This document shows positions 1 through 13,960 of a DNA stretch of 64,000 nt, piece after piece (position 1 is the first letter of the stretch; each line of letters starts with the position of its first letter). Below the pieces are notes generated by a model, which saw only the letters and a program-made list of their open reading frames with translations, was not told the origin of the DNA and searched no databases. The DNA is from Scyliorhinus canicula (lineage: Eukaryota), in assembly GCF_902713615.1 (NCBI RefSeq), contig NC_052156.1, positions 151,158,804-151,222,803 of the forward strand, read 5' to 3'. The position numbers and the translations under genes are program-made.

Positions 1-460
1 GCTGAACACATCAAAAAAGTAAATGCTGTTGGAGGTCCAACAAACTGTTAACTGCCAAATAAAAGCAGTGATTACACTTCAAAAATAACGTCATTGGCTG
101 TAACTTTGAGGCTCTTTAGGTTGATCTCGATACAAGTTATTTCTGGTACCTGGGGTATTTTGATTCACTACCTAATCAGGCTGAAATGTCAGTTCCAGGC
201 AATACTCCAAGAAATGGAGAGCTGCTGCCCGCCGTGGGGGTGGGGCAGGGCGAATTCCTTACCTGTTAATGGACGGGCAACACCAGGAAATGGACGGGTA
301 ACTTACTTGACAACAAGCTGGCGAAATTTACAACAACAAATAAATGAAAAGTGAGAAGAAAACAAACCAAAAATGTGCAAATCCCGGCCTTGATTCAAAA
401 GTTGCTCGGTCAGACTGGCACAAAGTTCCTACGCAGGCAAGTCCAGTTGCACGGCGCTCC

Positions 461-621
461 GTGCGCGGGCACTGGCTGGCGGGAGGTTTAAACCGAAGCT
501 GCGTGCGCGGGAACTGGCTGGCGGGAGGTTTAAACCGAAGCTGCGTGCGCGGGCACTGGCTGGCGGGAGGTTTAAACCGAAGCTGCGTGCGCGGGGGCGC
601 TGGCTGGCGGGTTTAAACCGA
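461..621. repeat. 42-bp tandem repeat, ~3.8 copies
   Basis: Unit GTGCGCGGGCACTGGCTGGCGGGAGGTTTAAACCGAAGCTGC starts at 461, 503, 545 and 587. Confidence 0.9.
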
Positions 622-793
622 GGCCGCGCGCAGCGACCGTTCAACGGGCGATCGATCCCCAACTGCCGCGTACAAATCGGCCCAACTGCTCCGTGCCCCA
701 CAGGAACTTCCTTCTTCGTCCCATTCCCATCACCCCAGCCTCCGATTCCTTTCTCACCGGTGCATCTATTCATCAAATGTGTCCGTGCTGAAT

Positions 794-1126
794 CATAAAA
801 TGTACAGTGCAGAAGGAGGCCATTCGGCCCATCGAGTCTGCAGAGGCCCTTACAAAGAGCACCCTACCGAAACCCACCAATCTACCCTATCCCCGTAACT
901 CAGTAACCCCCACTTAACATTTTTTGGACACTAAGGGCAATTTAGCACGGCCAATCCACCTAATCTGCACACCTTTGGACTATGGGAGGAAACCGGAGCA
1001 CCCGGAGGAAACCCATGCAGACACGGGGAGAACGTGCAGACTCCGCACAGACAGTGACCCAGCGGGGAATCAAACCTGGGACCCTGGCACTGTGAAGCAA
1101 CTGTGCTAACTACTGTGCTACCGTGC
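794..1126 (-). mobile_element. tRNA-derived SINE (HE1-like) with CR1-type tail
   Basis: Reverse complement matches the GCACGGTAGCACAGT..GTTAGCAC head, conserved body and GGCCGAATGGCCTCCTTCTGCACTGT tail of other copies here. Confidence 0.85.
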
Positions 1127-1699
1127 TTCTGGCCTCCCCGTCGTTGCCAGCTCCACCTTCTCGCCACTCAGAACAAAGATGTTTCCCCTGAATTTCCTTT
1201 TGGATTGATGATGTTTAAATAACATTCGTCTCCGGCACAGTGGCACCATCTACAACATGCACGACGGCGGTGACCCAAGACTGGCTCTTTTGGCACCACC
1301 TTCCAAACCCGGGACTTCCCCCGCCCCGTGGGAGGAGGGCAGCAGATGCAAGTTCCTCTCCAAGCCATACACCATCTGGACTTGGAACATCACTGTCTCT
1401 GGGTCAAAATCCTGGAAATCCCAAACAGCATTGTTGGTGTACCTACACTACAGTGAGTGCAGTAGTTCAGAAAAAAAATATGCCCTCTAGTTCTGGATTC
1501 ACCAATAAGTAAGAAACATCTACTCTACATCTATACTGTACCAAATGCTTCTGTAAAAGTAAAGACCACCTATCGAACTGCTTCTCAGAGATTTCTAGAG
1601 AGGGGGGGGAAACAAAGTGTAATGATACACTTTTGCAGACTTTGTTTGAACAGGAGCTGCACATCGTAATGCAGGCCGTACACCAAACGGAAAATGTGT

Positions 1700-2870
1700 C
1701 ACCAGGGCACACCATCGTGGAAGGGGCTCAAAGTAAAGGTATCACTGCAGGGTCTGAAGGTGGAATGTCGCTACCTGGGTAGAAAGGCACACCATGGCCT
1801 GGCCATCCTCCCTAATCAGGAGACTTAACCTCAACGACCCAGTGCAGTCTCTTGTCCCCGAAGAAGTCCACAAGCATTCTCTGGAGCTATGTGACAAAGT
1901 CAAGGGCAGGGGTCAAAGTAACCAGTCGGTACCACAACATAGAAGCTATCAGCTGGTTTATGACGAGAACGTTACTCCAGTAAGACAACAGTTGGAGCAG
2001 TCCTGTCCAGCATCTGAAGTGAACGGTGTCCTTGGCCTTCAGCTCCTGCTCGTTAGCCGGCCAGGATTCCTCAGCCGGACAAAGATAGACTCCCAAGTAG
2101 GAGATGCTGGACCTGCTCCAGGTGAAAGGTCGGAGCTCCTCTGGGAGGGGGTCCATCTGCCACATCCGACAGGGAATCCGGAATACTTGGCAGTTGATCC
2201 TGGCAGCAGCTGCAACGGAACACAGCACTCTCGTATCTTCCGCAGGTCAGCAGGGTTGGAGAACATGAGGAGGAGCCATCAGCGTAAGCCCAGACACCAC
2301 TCCAATGCCTGCCCACGCAGAACCAGTCTCGTCAACATACTTCGCGGGAGGCGCAGGAAAGGCTCCACGCAAATGGAATAGAGTTGGCCAGACAAGGGGC
2401 AGCCCTGTCGCACCCCTCTCCCAAAACAGGGGTGCGGTCAGGGACCCGGTAACCTTAACGAGGCACACTGAGGCAGTGTACAGATGTTGAATCCGGGCGA
2501 TGAAATGTCCCGAACCCAAATGCTTGCAGAGTCCCAAATAATTATTTGTGATCCACTCTGTTGAACGCTGCCTCTTGATCAAGGGACAGGAAGGCACCCG
2601 GCAGACCAACCTCGAGGAATGAAGGGCCAATGCCCCGACCAGATTGATGTTGTCATACATTGTGTTGCCCGGGACCGTGTAGGACTGGTCAGGGAGGATC
2701 ATGTAGTCCAGCATGGTGCCAAGGTGCAAACACATCATCTTGGGACATATCTTGTAGTCTATGGTGAGGTTGATGACCAGTTGGCAGTTTTTAAGGTGGT
2801 AGAGATCCCCCTCCCCCTCTTTTGCAGCAGGGTAATGGTGGCCTTGCACCACAAGAGGGGTATTTCCCCC
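1700..2870 (-). mobile_element. Degenerate Tx1/L1-clade RT fragment
   Basis: ORFs 2247-2852 (DYKICPK...PDQSYTVPGNTMYDNI) and 1887-2228 (ISYLGVYL...NQLIASMLWYRL), frameshifted. Confidence 0.75.
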
Positions 2871-3712
2871 GCGTAGTCACTCCACAGGCCCCCCTGCTAA
2901 CCACCAAAATGCTACTCAGGAATGCTGGAACCTTTTAACGCAGGTACAGACGATTGGGGGCAATACGCAACCACTTACCATCCACAAAGTTAGACTTCTC
3001 CCACCGGATCCCGGGACGATCCAGAACCAACCACCAAATGAGGAAGCGAGGTAAACACGGCAGTCTGCAGGTGAGACTAAAATAACGCAATTTCAAGTCT
3101 CCTCTCCCCAGCAGACTCCTGGCAAACGTCCAAGTGATCGAAAATAAGCTGGACGAGCTTAATGCTAGACTTACCTCTCAGAGGGAAGTAAGAGACTGCT
3201 GTGTGCTCTGTTTCCCAGAGACATAACTCACCTCTGCCTCATCGGACTGTGTCATACAACCTGACAGCTTCTCAGTACACTGGACGGACCGCACAGCGTC
3301 ATCAGGCAAAGTGAAGGGTGGAGGGGTTTGCCCCCTCATGAACGTGGCGACCATGACAAACTACTGCTCCCTGGACCTGGAATACCTGACTGTGAAGTGC
3401 CGTGCATACTAATTCTCACGGGAGTTCACTTCTGCCATTATCACGGTAGTCTCCATCCCACCCCAGGTGGAAGTGAAGAAGGCACTTGATGAATTGTACA
3501 CCGCTATAAAGAACAGTGCAACAGAATAACTGGAGGCCTTGTGCATCGTGGCTGGGGTCTCCAACCAGGCCAACCTCGAGAAAGTACTGCCAAAATTCTA
3601 CGAATACATCTCCTGCCCCATCAGGAGTGCCAACAGTCTTTACCACTGCTACACAAACGTTAAAGATGCCGATTTATCCCCCAACCGCACTTCGGAAAAT
3701 CAAAGCATAAGA

Positions 3713-4061
3713 GGGCAGCAGGGTAGCATGGTGGTTAGCATAAATGCTTCACAGCTCCAGGGTCCCAGGTTCGATTCCCGGCTGGGTCACTGTCTGTGTG
3801 GAGTCTGCACGTCCTCCCCCTGTGTGCGTGGGTTTCCTCCGGGTGCTCCGGTTTCCTCCCACAGTCCAAAGATGTGCGGGTTAGGTGGATTGGCCATGCT
3901 AAATTGTCCGTAGTGTCCTAATAAAAAAGTAAGGTTAAGGGGGGGTTGTTGGGTTACGGGTATAGGGTGAATATGTGGGTTTGAGTAGGGTGATCATGGC
4001 TCGGCACAACATTGAGGGCCGAAGGGCCTGTTCTGTGCTGTACTGTTCTATTCTATTCTAT
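3713..4061 (+). mobile_element. HE1-like SINE
   Basis: GGGCAGCA..GGTAGCATGGTGGTTAGC head and a 3' tail GGCCGAAGGGCCTGTTCTGTGCTGTACTGTTCTA shared with the CR1 end at 48707-48770. Confidence 0.9.
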
Positions 4062-5689
4062 GAAGACGGTGCTCCTTCTCCCGGCATACAAACAGAAACC
4101 TAAGCAGGAGAATCCGGTTAAGAAATTCATGCAATGCTAGCCCGAGGCAACAGAAGAGCTCCTAAGTGACTGCTTGGAGTGAGTGGACTGGTCCATATTC
4201 AAGAACTCAGCAGCCAACCTAAACGAGTATGTCACTACAATCACAGACTTTATCAGCAAGTGTGTAAAAGATTGTGTGCCAAAGAAGGTAGTATGTAGGT
4301 TTCCCAACCAGAAACTATGGTTTAATCGAGCGATTCACTCTCTACTGAAGGCCAGGTCTGAGGCATTCAAGACACTGACCTATACAAGAAATCCAGGTAT
4401 GACCTCCGCAAAGCCATCAGGGATGCCAAGAGACAATTCCAGACTAAGCTAGAGTCACAAATGAACTACATATACTTTTGTCGGTTGTGGCGAGGCTTAA
4501 ATGACATAATGGGCTACAAAGCAAAGCCGAGTAGAATCTCCGGCAGCAGCGCACCCTCCCTGATGAACTCAATGCATTCTGTGCTCGTTTCGAGCAAGAA
4601 GCCATCAAACCATTGTCAACTGCCTCAGCAACCTCGGACACACACATACCTACCGTCACAGCTTCCAAAGTCAGATCGGCCATTTTGAAAGTGAACCCTC
4701 TGAAAGCAATGGGACCTGACAGAGTCCCTGGTCATGCACTCAGATCCTGCACAGGCTAACTGGCGGGTGTGTTCACAGACATCTTCAACCTCTCCCTACT
4801 TCATTCCGAGGTTCCCATCTGCTTCAAAACGACCACCATCATACCGGTGCCAAAGAAGAACCAGGCAAACGTGCCTCAATGACTGCCATTCAGTGGCTTT
4901 GACATCTATCATGAAGCGCTTTAAAAGTTTGGTCATGAGACACATCAACTCCATAACTCCCAGAATGCCTTGATCCACTGCAATTCCCATAACGCCACAA
5001 CAGGTCCACAGCAGATGCCATTTCCATGCCCCTACACTCATCCCTGGAGCATCTTGACAACAAGGACTCCTATGTCAGACTCCTATTCATTGACAACAGC
5101 TCCACCATCAACACCCTAATCTCAGCCAAGCTCATATCAAAGCTCCAAAACTTGGGACTTGGTTCCTCCTTCTGCAACTGGATCCTTGACTTCCTGACCC
5201 GAAGACCGCAATCAGTAAGGATAAACAACAACACCTCCTCCACGATAGTTCTTAATATGGGGCCCCGCAAGGCTGCGTACTTAGCCCCTACTGTACTCCC
5301 TAAACAAACACACGACTGTGTGGCAAAATTCAACTCCATCTACAAGTTTGCTGATTACATGACCATAGTGGGTCGGATCTCGAACAACAATGAGTCAGAG
5401 TACAGGAGGCTGAAAAAGAACCTAGTGGCAAGGTGTAAAGACAACAATCTCTCCCTCAACATCCGCAAAACTAAAATGCTGGTCATTAACTTCGGAAGTG
5501 AAGTACCAATGGTGCCGAGGTGGGGATGGTTGACAACTTCAAATTCCTAGGTGTGCACATCACCAACGATCTGTCCTGGTCCACCCACATCGATGCTACG
5601 ACCAAGAAAGCACAGCAGTGCTTATTCTTCCACAAGAAACTAAGGTAATTCGGCACGTCCACATTGATTTTTACAAATGCACCAATGGG

Positions 5690-6048
5690 GGGCAGCACGG
5701 TAGCATTGTGGATAGCACAATCGCTTCACAGCTCCAGGGTCCCAGGTTCGATTCCGGCTTGGGTCACTGTCTGTGCGGAGTCTGCACATCCTCCCCGTGT
5801 GTGTGTGGGTTTCCTCCGGGTGCTCCGGTTTCCTCCCACAGTCCAAAGATGTGCGGGTTAGGTGGATTGGCCATGATAAATTGCCCTTAGTGTCCAAAAT
5901 TGCCCTTAGTGTTTGGTGGGGTTACTGAGTTATGGGGATAGGGTGGAGGTGTTGACCTTGGGTAGGGGGTAGGGTGCTCTTTCCAAGAGCCGGTGCAAAC
6001 TCGATGGGCCGAATGGCCTCCTTCTGCACTGTAAAATTCTATGTTCTA
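5690..6048 (+). mobile_element. HE1-like SINE
   Basis: Same head and body as 3713-4061; CR1-type tail ending TTCTATGTTCTA. Confidence 0.88.
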
Positions 6049-7434
6049 AAACATCCTATCTGGCTGCATCACAGCCTGGTATGGCAACTGCTCGGCCCAA
6101 GACTGTAAGAAATTACAGAGTCGTGAACTCAGCCCAGACTATCACGTGAAACCGCCTCCCATCCATTGACTCTGTCTACACCTCCCGCTGACTTGGAAAA
6201 GCAGGCAGCATAATCAAAGACCCCTCCCACCCAAATTATTCTCTCTTTGAACCTCTTCCATCAGGCAAGACATACAAAAGTCTGAGAACATGCACAAACA
6301 GGTTCAAAAACAGCTTTTTCCCTACTGTTGCCAGACTCCTGAATGACCCTCTTATGGACTGAACTGATCTCTTCACACATCTTTCGACTGAGTGGTATTA
6401 CACACCATATGGTTCACCTATGTCTATGTATTTACATTGTATATCTATGTATGTCCTATGTTTTTTCATGTATGGAACAATTTGTCTGGACTGTATGCAG
6501 ATTCGAAAAAAGCTTCTTCCCCGCTGTTCCCAGATTCCTAAACAACCCTCTTAGGGACTGACCTGATTAATACTACACTCCTGTATGCTTCACCCGATGC
6601 CGGTGTCCATGTACTTTGTGTTGCCCTATTATATATTTTCTTTTTATTTTATTTTCATGTACTAAATGATCTGTTTGAGCTGCTTGCAGAAAAATACTTT
6701 TCATTGTACTTCTGTACTGGTGACAATAAACAAATCCATCCACAATATTTTTCACTGTATTTCGGTACACGTGACAATAAATCAAATCAAATATGTGGAA
6801 CGCATGGACTATTTTGTTCACACAAATGCTATTACCAGCGAAGCAAGAAAAACTGTTATATTACTGATGGCCCATCTTCAGTGTGATAAAGAGACTGACT
6901 CACCCGGACGCCCAGGATTCCTGGCCATTCGCCTGCCCTGGTGGGAGAGCATTTCGACCCAAAACCACAGCTCATTGTACACCATTTCCAATTTCACACG
7001 GCAGCTCAGGCCCAAGCCGAGTCAGTGAGTGACATCCTACCCGCATCCGAAAGCTGGCAGATACTTGTGAATTTGGAATGACACTGAATGAGACACTCAG
7101 GGATTGTTTGTTGTGTGCACTCCGCGATGCGGCCACGCAATGGAAATAACTAGCTGAAGCCCACCTGGAACTGCAACGAGCAGTGGGGATAGCTATCTCC
7201 AGAGAAACTGCCAGACAAGGGGGCCAGGAATGCTAGGGATTGACAGTGCTCTGTCTGGAACACCATAACACGCTTCAATCGCACTCAGCTAGACCTGAGG
7301 AGGCTGACCCCCGACATCGGGACACCTAGACGCCTCTGACTGGGCGGCGCCAGTCGGCACGGTCATGAAACCAGATGGAACTGGACGTTCTCCCCCAAAC
7401 AGGAGGAACATGAATATGACCGCCAGCCAATGGG

Positions 7435-8235
7435 GGCCACAGACTACAGGAATGAGATAGAGAATCTGGTGGACTGGTGCGACGATGATAATCTCGCCCT
7501 CATTGTCAACAAAATGAAGGAGATCATCATCGGCTTCATGAAGCGTAGTGGAGAACATGCCCCTGTCTACATCAATGGGAACAAAGTAGAAAGGTTCGAG
7601 AGCTTCAAGTTTTTAGGTATCCAGATCACCAGCAACCTGTCCTGTTCCCCCCATGCCAATACTATAGTTAAGAAAGTCCACCAATGACTCTACTTTCTTA
7701 GAAGACTAAGGAAATTTGGCAGTTCACCTCCGACTCTCAGCAACTTTTACAGATGCACCATAGAAGGCATTCTTTCTGGTTGTATTACAGTTTGGTGTGG
7801 ATCTTGCTCTGCTCAAGACCTCAGGAAACTACAAAAGGTCGTGATGTAGCCCTATCCATCATGCAAACCAGCCTCCTATCTATTGACTTTGTCTACAATT
7901 CCCGCTGCCTCAGAAAGGCAGCCAGCATAATTAAGGATCCCATGCACCCCGGACATACTCTCTTCCACCTTCTTCCATCAGGAAAAAATACAAAAGTTTG
8001 AGGTCACGTACCAACCGACACAAGAACAGTTTCTTCCCTGCTGCCATCAGATTTTTGAACGGACATACCTCATGTTAAGTTACTCTTTTCTCTACACCCT
8101 AACTATGACTGTAACATTATATTCTGCTGTCTCTCCTTCCTTCCTATGTACGATGTGCGTTGTCTGTATAGCATGCAAGAAACAATACTTTTCACTGTAT
8201 ACTAATACACGTGACAATAATCAATCAAATCAAAT
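7435..8235 (+). mobile_element. 3' fragment of Rex1/Babar-like LINE
   Basis: YRNEIENLVDWCDDDNLAL...FKFLGIQIT; ends in AATAA plus (ATCAA)n tail. Confidence 0.75.
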
Positions 8236-8714
8236 CAACTGCGCTACTTGCGTTCCCGACCTGCCCCGTATACATTATAACTCAAAATAGATGCTGAGTT
8301 GGACCAGATGGAGAATTTGGGCAAAATGCCCAGTGCAGTCCTCTGACTGGGCGGCGCCAGTCGGCACGGTCATGAAACCAGATGGAACAGTACGCTTATG
8401 TGGCGACTATAAATGTTGTGTGTCTCAACTTGATCATGACTCGGATTGAGGACCTTTACGCAACATGGAAGAGAAAATCAAGACCTTTGCTGCTCTTGAG
8501 GTCTAGATTTTCTCTTCCATCTGGTCCAACTCAGCATCTATTTTGAGTCATAATATATAAGGGGCAGGTCGGGAACGCAAGTAGCGCAGTTGATTTAATT
8601 TGATTGATTATTGTCACGTGTATTAGTATACAGTGAAAAGTATTGTTTCTTGCATGCTATAAAGACAACGCACATCGTACATAGGAAGGAAGGAGAGACT
8701 GCAGAATATAATGT
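8114..8714. repeat. Inverted duplication, ~200-bp arms (8114-8312 and 8516-8714)
   Basis: Arms are reverse complements with few mismatches. The spacer holds a Gypsy RT piece (WAAP..KPDGTVRLCGDYK). Confidence 0.9.
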
Positions 8715-8715
8715 A

Positions 8716-9340
8716 ATGAGAAAAGTCAATAACATTCTTCACTAACACTTGTTGGTGTATAACACTGGTAATTGACAAAGGAGCGGAATGCAGGATCATT
8801 TCTGCAAAGTGCAAAAAAGCATGCATTGACGGTGCACCTTTGAAACCAATTTCTTGATTAAAATGATTTTCTCAGTCATATGCCTTTTGAATTCCTTGTA
8901 GACATCCTCGCCTCTTGTCCTCTCTTTAAGTGGCAAAAGAGTGAGAAAGTCCTCCATTGTTGTTGAGTCTTTGTTGTTGTTCACGACATTCAATCAGCTG
9001 AACCGTATCCGTCATGTCTACTGATTTATCAAACTGCAGTGAGAAAAATTCACAACCTGATAAGTCTTGGTGTATTTACTGAGACATGTCCTCGGACAAC
9101 AATCCACCCTTCTGGCTACTGGTGCCAAGCAGAATGCTCTATGGCTGTCATAATTTCATCTTTGTTTTTAATGTTGTTGAACAAAGTGTTGGCAGCAACC
9201 GTCATCGCCTCCTTGATAACTTCGCCAACGGTGAATGGTTTCTTATGTTTTACCAGCAGGTGGCTGATACAAAAAGACTCCCCTTTGCTAGCCTTGACTT
9301 TAACCACAGGTTTTAAAAAGTGTAACTATTGAGCTTTAAA
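8716..9340 (-). mobile_element. hAT (Charlie/SPIN-type) transposase remnant
   Basis: ORF pieces KHKKPFTVGEVIKEAM and EDFLTLLPLKERTRGEDVYKEFK. Confidence 0.7.
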
Positions 9341-11399
9341 AATTCTCTCTAACTCCCCAACTTTCTTCGTCCAATAGCATGCTTTTCTTATATTTGTTGC
9401 ACCCAAACACCTAATCCAGTGCATCTGAACACAGATTCCAGAAATTCTCCATTGTATTGTTTAGGGTTTTTAAAATTTCATTCATTCACAGAATGTGGGC
9501 CAATGCCAGCATTTATTGTCCATTCCCAGGTGCCCTTGGTAAACTGAACATGAGCTGCCTTCTTCAAACTGATACAGCCTCTATAGGTGGAGGCATTCCT
9601 ACAGTACTATTAGTTATGGAGTTTCAGCTTTTAGATCCTGTGATGATGAAGGAACAAAATATTTGTCCAAGTTAGGATGGTGTGTAAATTGGAGGGGGAC
9701 TTGCAGATAATGATGTTCCCATATGTCTGTAGCCCTTGTTTTAGAACATCGAGAACAAGGCTCTCAAGGTCGAATGATGTCTAGAGACTGCATGATTGTT
9801 TAACTTAAACCTTATAAAAAGCAGACGCTTCCAAGATTTCAATGGCGATAACCCCAGGGATCAACATTCTTAAGACATCACCTGAGTTTGGAAGCTCACA
9901 ATGTACTCCCTTCAGAGCAAGCCTGGCCAAGTTCTCTCTGTCGGGATAGTATATTTTTGTTAAAGTTGTGAGTCTTTAAATTTATGTAAATCAGCACATA
10001 GTTAAATAACAAAATTGTATTAACTCAACTGGTGGTGAATATCAATATTTGTCTGTGTTGTCAGTTGATGCCAATGAGGGCAGCAATGTATTGTCAGTTG
10101 GGATATGTCTAAATCTTAGACTAATTGGCCTGGTTCTGAGTTAAACATCTCAATCTCCCAGCCTGAGCCTGAATTAAGAGGGCAGTAGCCCCATTGATGT
10201 CTAAGTTTAAGTGGGTCAAAGAAACATAAACATAGGACTGGGTAGGCGATAAGTTCTGAAGGAGTGTTCGAACTACTGACATTGCAGATGAGTAAAAGAT
10301 TAGAGTGATGTTGTCTGTAAAACCTCAGACACTTCAACCAGTTTATTATTCAGATGTTTTACCCAGGTGCCCTTATTTGTGAGATGAACAAAGGACAAAT
10401 ACAAGTTTGCGATTCAACCATATTTATTATCCCACAGTAAAAACAGTTACTCGCTTTAAATTATCCCAACTATGATAATCCTAAGATTCTTAATACTCTG
10501 TTCGTGAAGGTGGGTTTTGCACACTGCTTCCTTCTGTAATCTGGCCCACTGTCGAATCTTCGCTGTTGCCTCTGCGCCGAGTCTTCGCTGGGGAGGGTCC
10601 TGGTGGTTAATTCTTATTCCCCTCTTCGTGCCTTTCCAGAACGTTCTCTGGCCCTCAGTCAATGAGGTCTTGGGGCGGGAATTGCAGCACCCAATAGAGT
10701 TGCCGATTGTAACTCTGCAGGATGCCAGGAACAAAATCCCCCAAGGGTCCATCTCCGGATGTATTGTTTGCACGTAACCTTACTCCATATATGGTAATGG
10801 CATGAAATCTGGGTACCAGAAAGTCTAGCTTCATCTGGGTAATCCGCAACAATCGGTCCATTTGAATAGGACCGATTATCTCCTGATGTCCTATTTACAG
10901 GCAGGCCCAGACTTGTCCCGACTGTCTGTCTCGGCTCAGTGGGTTCGAACTTGGCTGTTCAATTTCCCATCAGGCCTGCCTATGGCTGACTGTGGTTTAA
11001 TTTTAAATGTCCAATTCTTAATTTAAAGTGTCCAATTGTATATTGGACCTAATATTCAGGCTGTTGTCCATTTTACCACAGTGACTAATAGTTAAAAGCA
11101 CAAGTAAGCTCCAAAAATCAGCCTTGAGGGATGTTCAACCTCAAGAGTGTAGAAGAGGAGAGACCAGATAGGAAGTTAGCAGCAAAGGAGTTGAAAAGGA
11201 TTAAGGAAAGATACTCTCTTCTCTTCCTCTCTGCCAAGATTGGCACCGGACCCCAAAAACAGTCAACTATTGTTTTGATTAACTGAGTTCTGAGAAATGG
11301 CTGAATCTTAGCCAGAATGGGTAAAAGCACTCTGATACTTAAACTGTAAGTGGCCCAAGTGGATAGGTAGTTTTGGGAGAAAATTAAAGGGTCTGGGAC

Positions 11400-12930
11400 C
11401 CATTGGACAGAGACAGTGGGAAGAAGCCCACTCAGAGTTAGTAAACCCATGTTTAAATGTGAGACAGCTATAGCAATACTTTATTGCATGCGAGAGTTAA
11501 AAGAAATGGAGATAGAAAATTTAAGACATGATATAGACATGGAGGTAGAAAATTTAAAACAGGAATTGAAGGGTTCAAAATCGGAATTACTCACAGGTGC
11601 AAAAGAATCTGATGAGTTTGGTACATATCAGCAAATTCCACGTGGAAATTCAGAAAGCTTATTTAGAAAAGGAGCGAGCTGTTAGTAAAGCTCAGTCAAG
11701 AAAGAACTTAAAAGGTTGAAGAAGAGGTGTGCTAATTTACAAGCAACCATAAAAGCAGTGCATCAAATAAGTAAAAGCTTTCGACATCAAGCCACTAACC
11801 ACGGATGTCAGTATGAGATAGATAAGTTAAAGTTGCAACTCCAGATCCGGAGGGATCTGATGTGCACCTTTGAAGCTGTAGAATCAAAGAATATGCAGGA
11901 AGGTGAGCTAAATTGGGATGAACTGGGCAAAGCCATACAAGAATACAGTGATCAGGAGGAAGTCGAGAGGACTGACCCTCCTCCTCCCTTCTCCTTGGTC
12001 TGAACATCCTAGCCCCACCTCTCCGCAACCAATTCCAATGAACCTCAACTACAACACAGACCGGGAGCATGGAGTATGACATGCCACATACAGTGGCAGA
12101 AATAGCAAAAAAATCCCGGTTATATGAACCATCTGCAGATCCTTAGAAGTTCCTTAATTACGTCCATCAACAGGGGGGTTCTTCATGGTTTCGATGCAGG
12201 TGAGGAGAGGAAACTTGTTGATGTGTTTACGTTTGGCTGTTCGCTCAGCCTTACCAGATCCAGGGAGAACACGAGAAAACTGTGATATGGTAGAGAGGAC
12301 TCGGTAATAAGTGCAGGCAAAGGGAAGGAGAGCATCACACATTCTTTGCTAACTGCCTGTGGACACTAATGCTCCAAGGCAACCACACAGTTAAGAGAAT
12401 CAGAACACCTACCCTCCTCGCAGAAAATCTCAATTACGAAGGGGAACAGTATGAATGTCATGTCTTGACAGTGAAAGATCTCAAGGGACTGTTTGTGCCA
12501 AAACAAAAAGGGGGGAAGCCCTGGGGCACCAAGGCTCGGGCCGAGGCCACCACGGTTTGGGCCACCGTCCCTTAAATTTTTGTCAAGGCACAGAAGGCAG
12601 ATGAAGATTTGGAACAGTTCAGGGATGGAGTGCTTCCAGCATCCTATAACAAATGGAAAGCCCAAAATAATCCAAACCACCATGCTGAGAAAGGAGAGTT
12701 TAGACAGACCAGACCGGTAAATGGGCCATGGATTAATTTACAAATAAATTATTTGGGCCCCTTGGCAACATGTAAGGGGGGGGTTTACAAATACCTTTTG
12801 GTCATCATTGATATTGAAGCATTCCCTATCAGGATAAACACATCATACACATTAGATGGGGTCACCCCCATCCACATAGCCCAACCTCCACCGTCTAGTG
12901 GTATAGTGGAAAGTATCAAACAAACTTTGA
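11400..12930 (+). mobile_element. Degenerate LTR retroelement/ERV remnant (gag-like coiled coil and integrase)
   Basis: ORF 12609 contains GPWINLQINYLGPL..YKYLLVIID..SSGIVE, typical of the retroviral integrase core. Confidence 0.6.
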
Positions 12931-13269
12931 AAAACTCCGCTGACCTGCTTTCTGATGCGGCCAGCCCCTGCCGGCACCAGGATTCTCCATTCCGGCAGCT
13001 GGCCAATGGGGTCTCCCATTGTGGGCACCCCCATGCCGTCGGGAAATCCACGGGCGTGAGTGCACTGCTGGCAAAACAAAGGATCCCACCAACAGAGAAT
13101 CCAGCTCAACAGAAAATCCAATCTACCCAGAGAGTAGTGGGGACATGGAATGCACTGCCTGTGGAAGTAGTTGAGTCAGAAATATTAGGGACCTTTGTAG
13201 CCATCTGGGATGGCCACTTCCAGAATGCAAAATGGACGCTCGCAAAGAATATAGGGAACTGTGGACAAT

Positions 13270-13960
13270 GCTAGTAAACAAGCAGGCACAGAAGCTTGAA
13301 TGCATATTGGGGAAACAGCTCCCAGACGGAATTGAAACTATAGGTCGATTAGCATATTGATGGCCCATCTCCGGGAAAAAAGGAATGACACTCAAGTAAC
13401 CGTTAATATTGCAGACATCCCGGCACCAGAAAGACACAAATCATGGCCAACGGTCACCTAAGACACGCCCAGCCATCAGGGCACCCACCCCTTTATTGGT
13501 CAAGATCGATAGCAATGATCAAGAAGCAGCCCAATTAATTGGGACCAAGTTTAAGGCCCGCCTAAAAGCACGTGAAGCCTCTCCAGGTATAAGAATGAAG
13601 CCCCATGAGAGAATCGCTCTCTTGGATTTGGCTCTCAGGCGGAGAGACCCATCCACCAGCATCACCAGAAGCAGTAAGTTCAAGGTCAACGCTCGCTACC
13701 AGACGGACGACCTTAGCTGATCTACTGTTACCTCTTCGAACCCAACAACCTTAGATCCGAACAACAGCCATTGTTCTTCTGACTGAGTGGGCATCCGAAG
13801 TTAAATATAGGCATTAGCGTTAGAGATAGTTTAGTTTACAGTACTTTGCACATGTGTAGATCCTACTATGTGTGTAAATAAATAATATTGACTTTGAACT
13901 AACTAACTGGTGTATTGGCTCTTTGATCAGTATTTGGGTTGAACCTTGTGGCAGTGATGT
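13270..13960 (+). repeat. Dispersed LTR-like repeat, copy 1
   Basis: Homologous to 59030-59820 in the opposite orientation (both translate as ..AQLIG.KFKA..VNARYQTDDLS; shared AATATTGACTTTGAACTAACTAACTGG end). Confidence 0.7.

Larger units (their letters stand above)
3095..6350 (+). mobile_element. Degenerate EN-RT LINE (Rex1/Babar-like), interrupted by two SINEs
   Basis: Fragments read [38 protein letters not shown] and YKFADYM; many frameshifts. Confidence 0.75.

Noticed and set aside
3713-3790. tRNA genes at SINE heads
   Set aside because: A/B-box-like heads run directly into SINE bodies; no complete cloverleaf.
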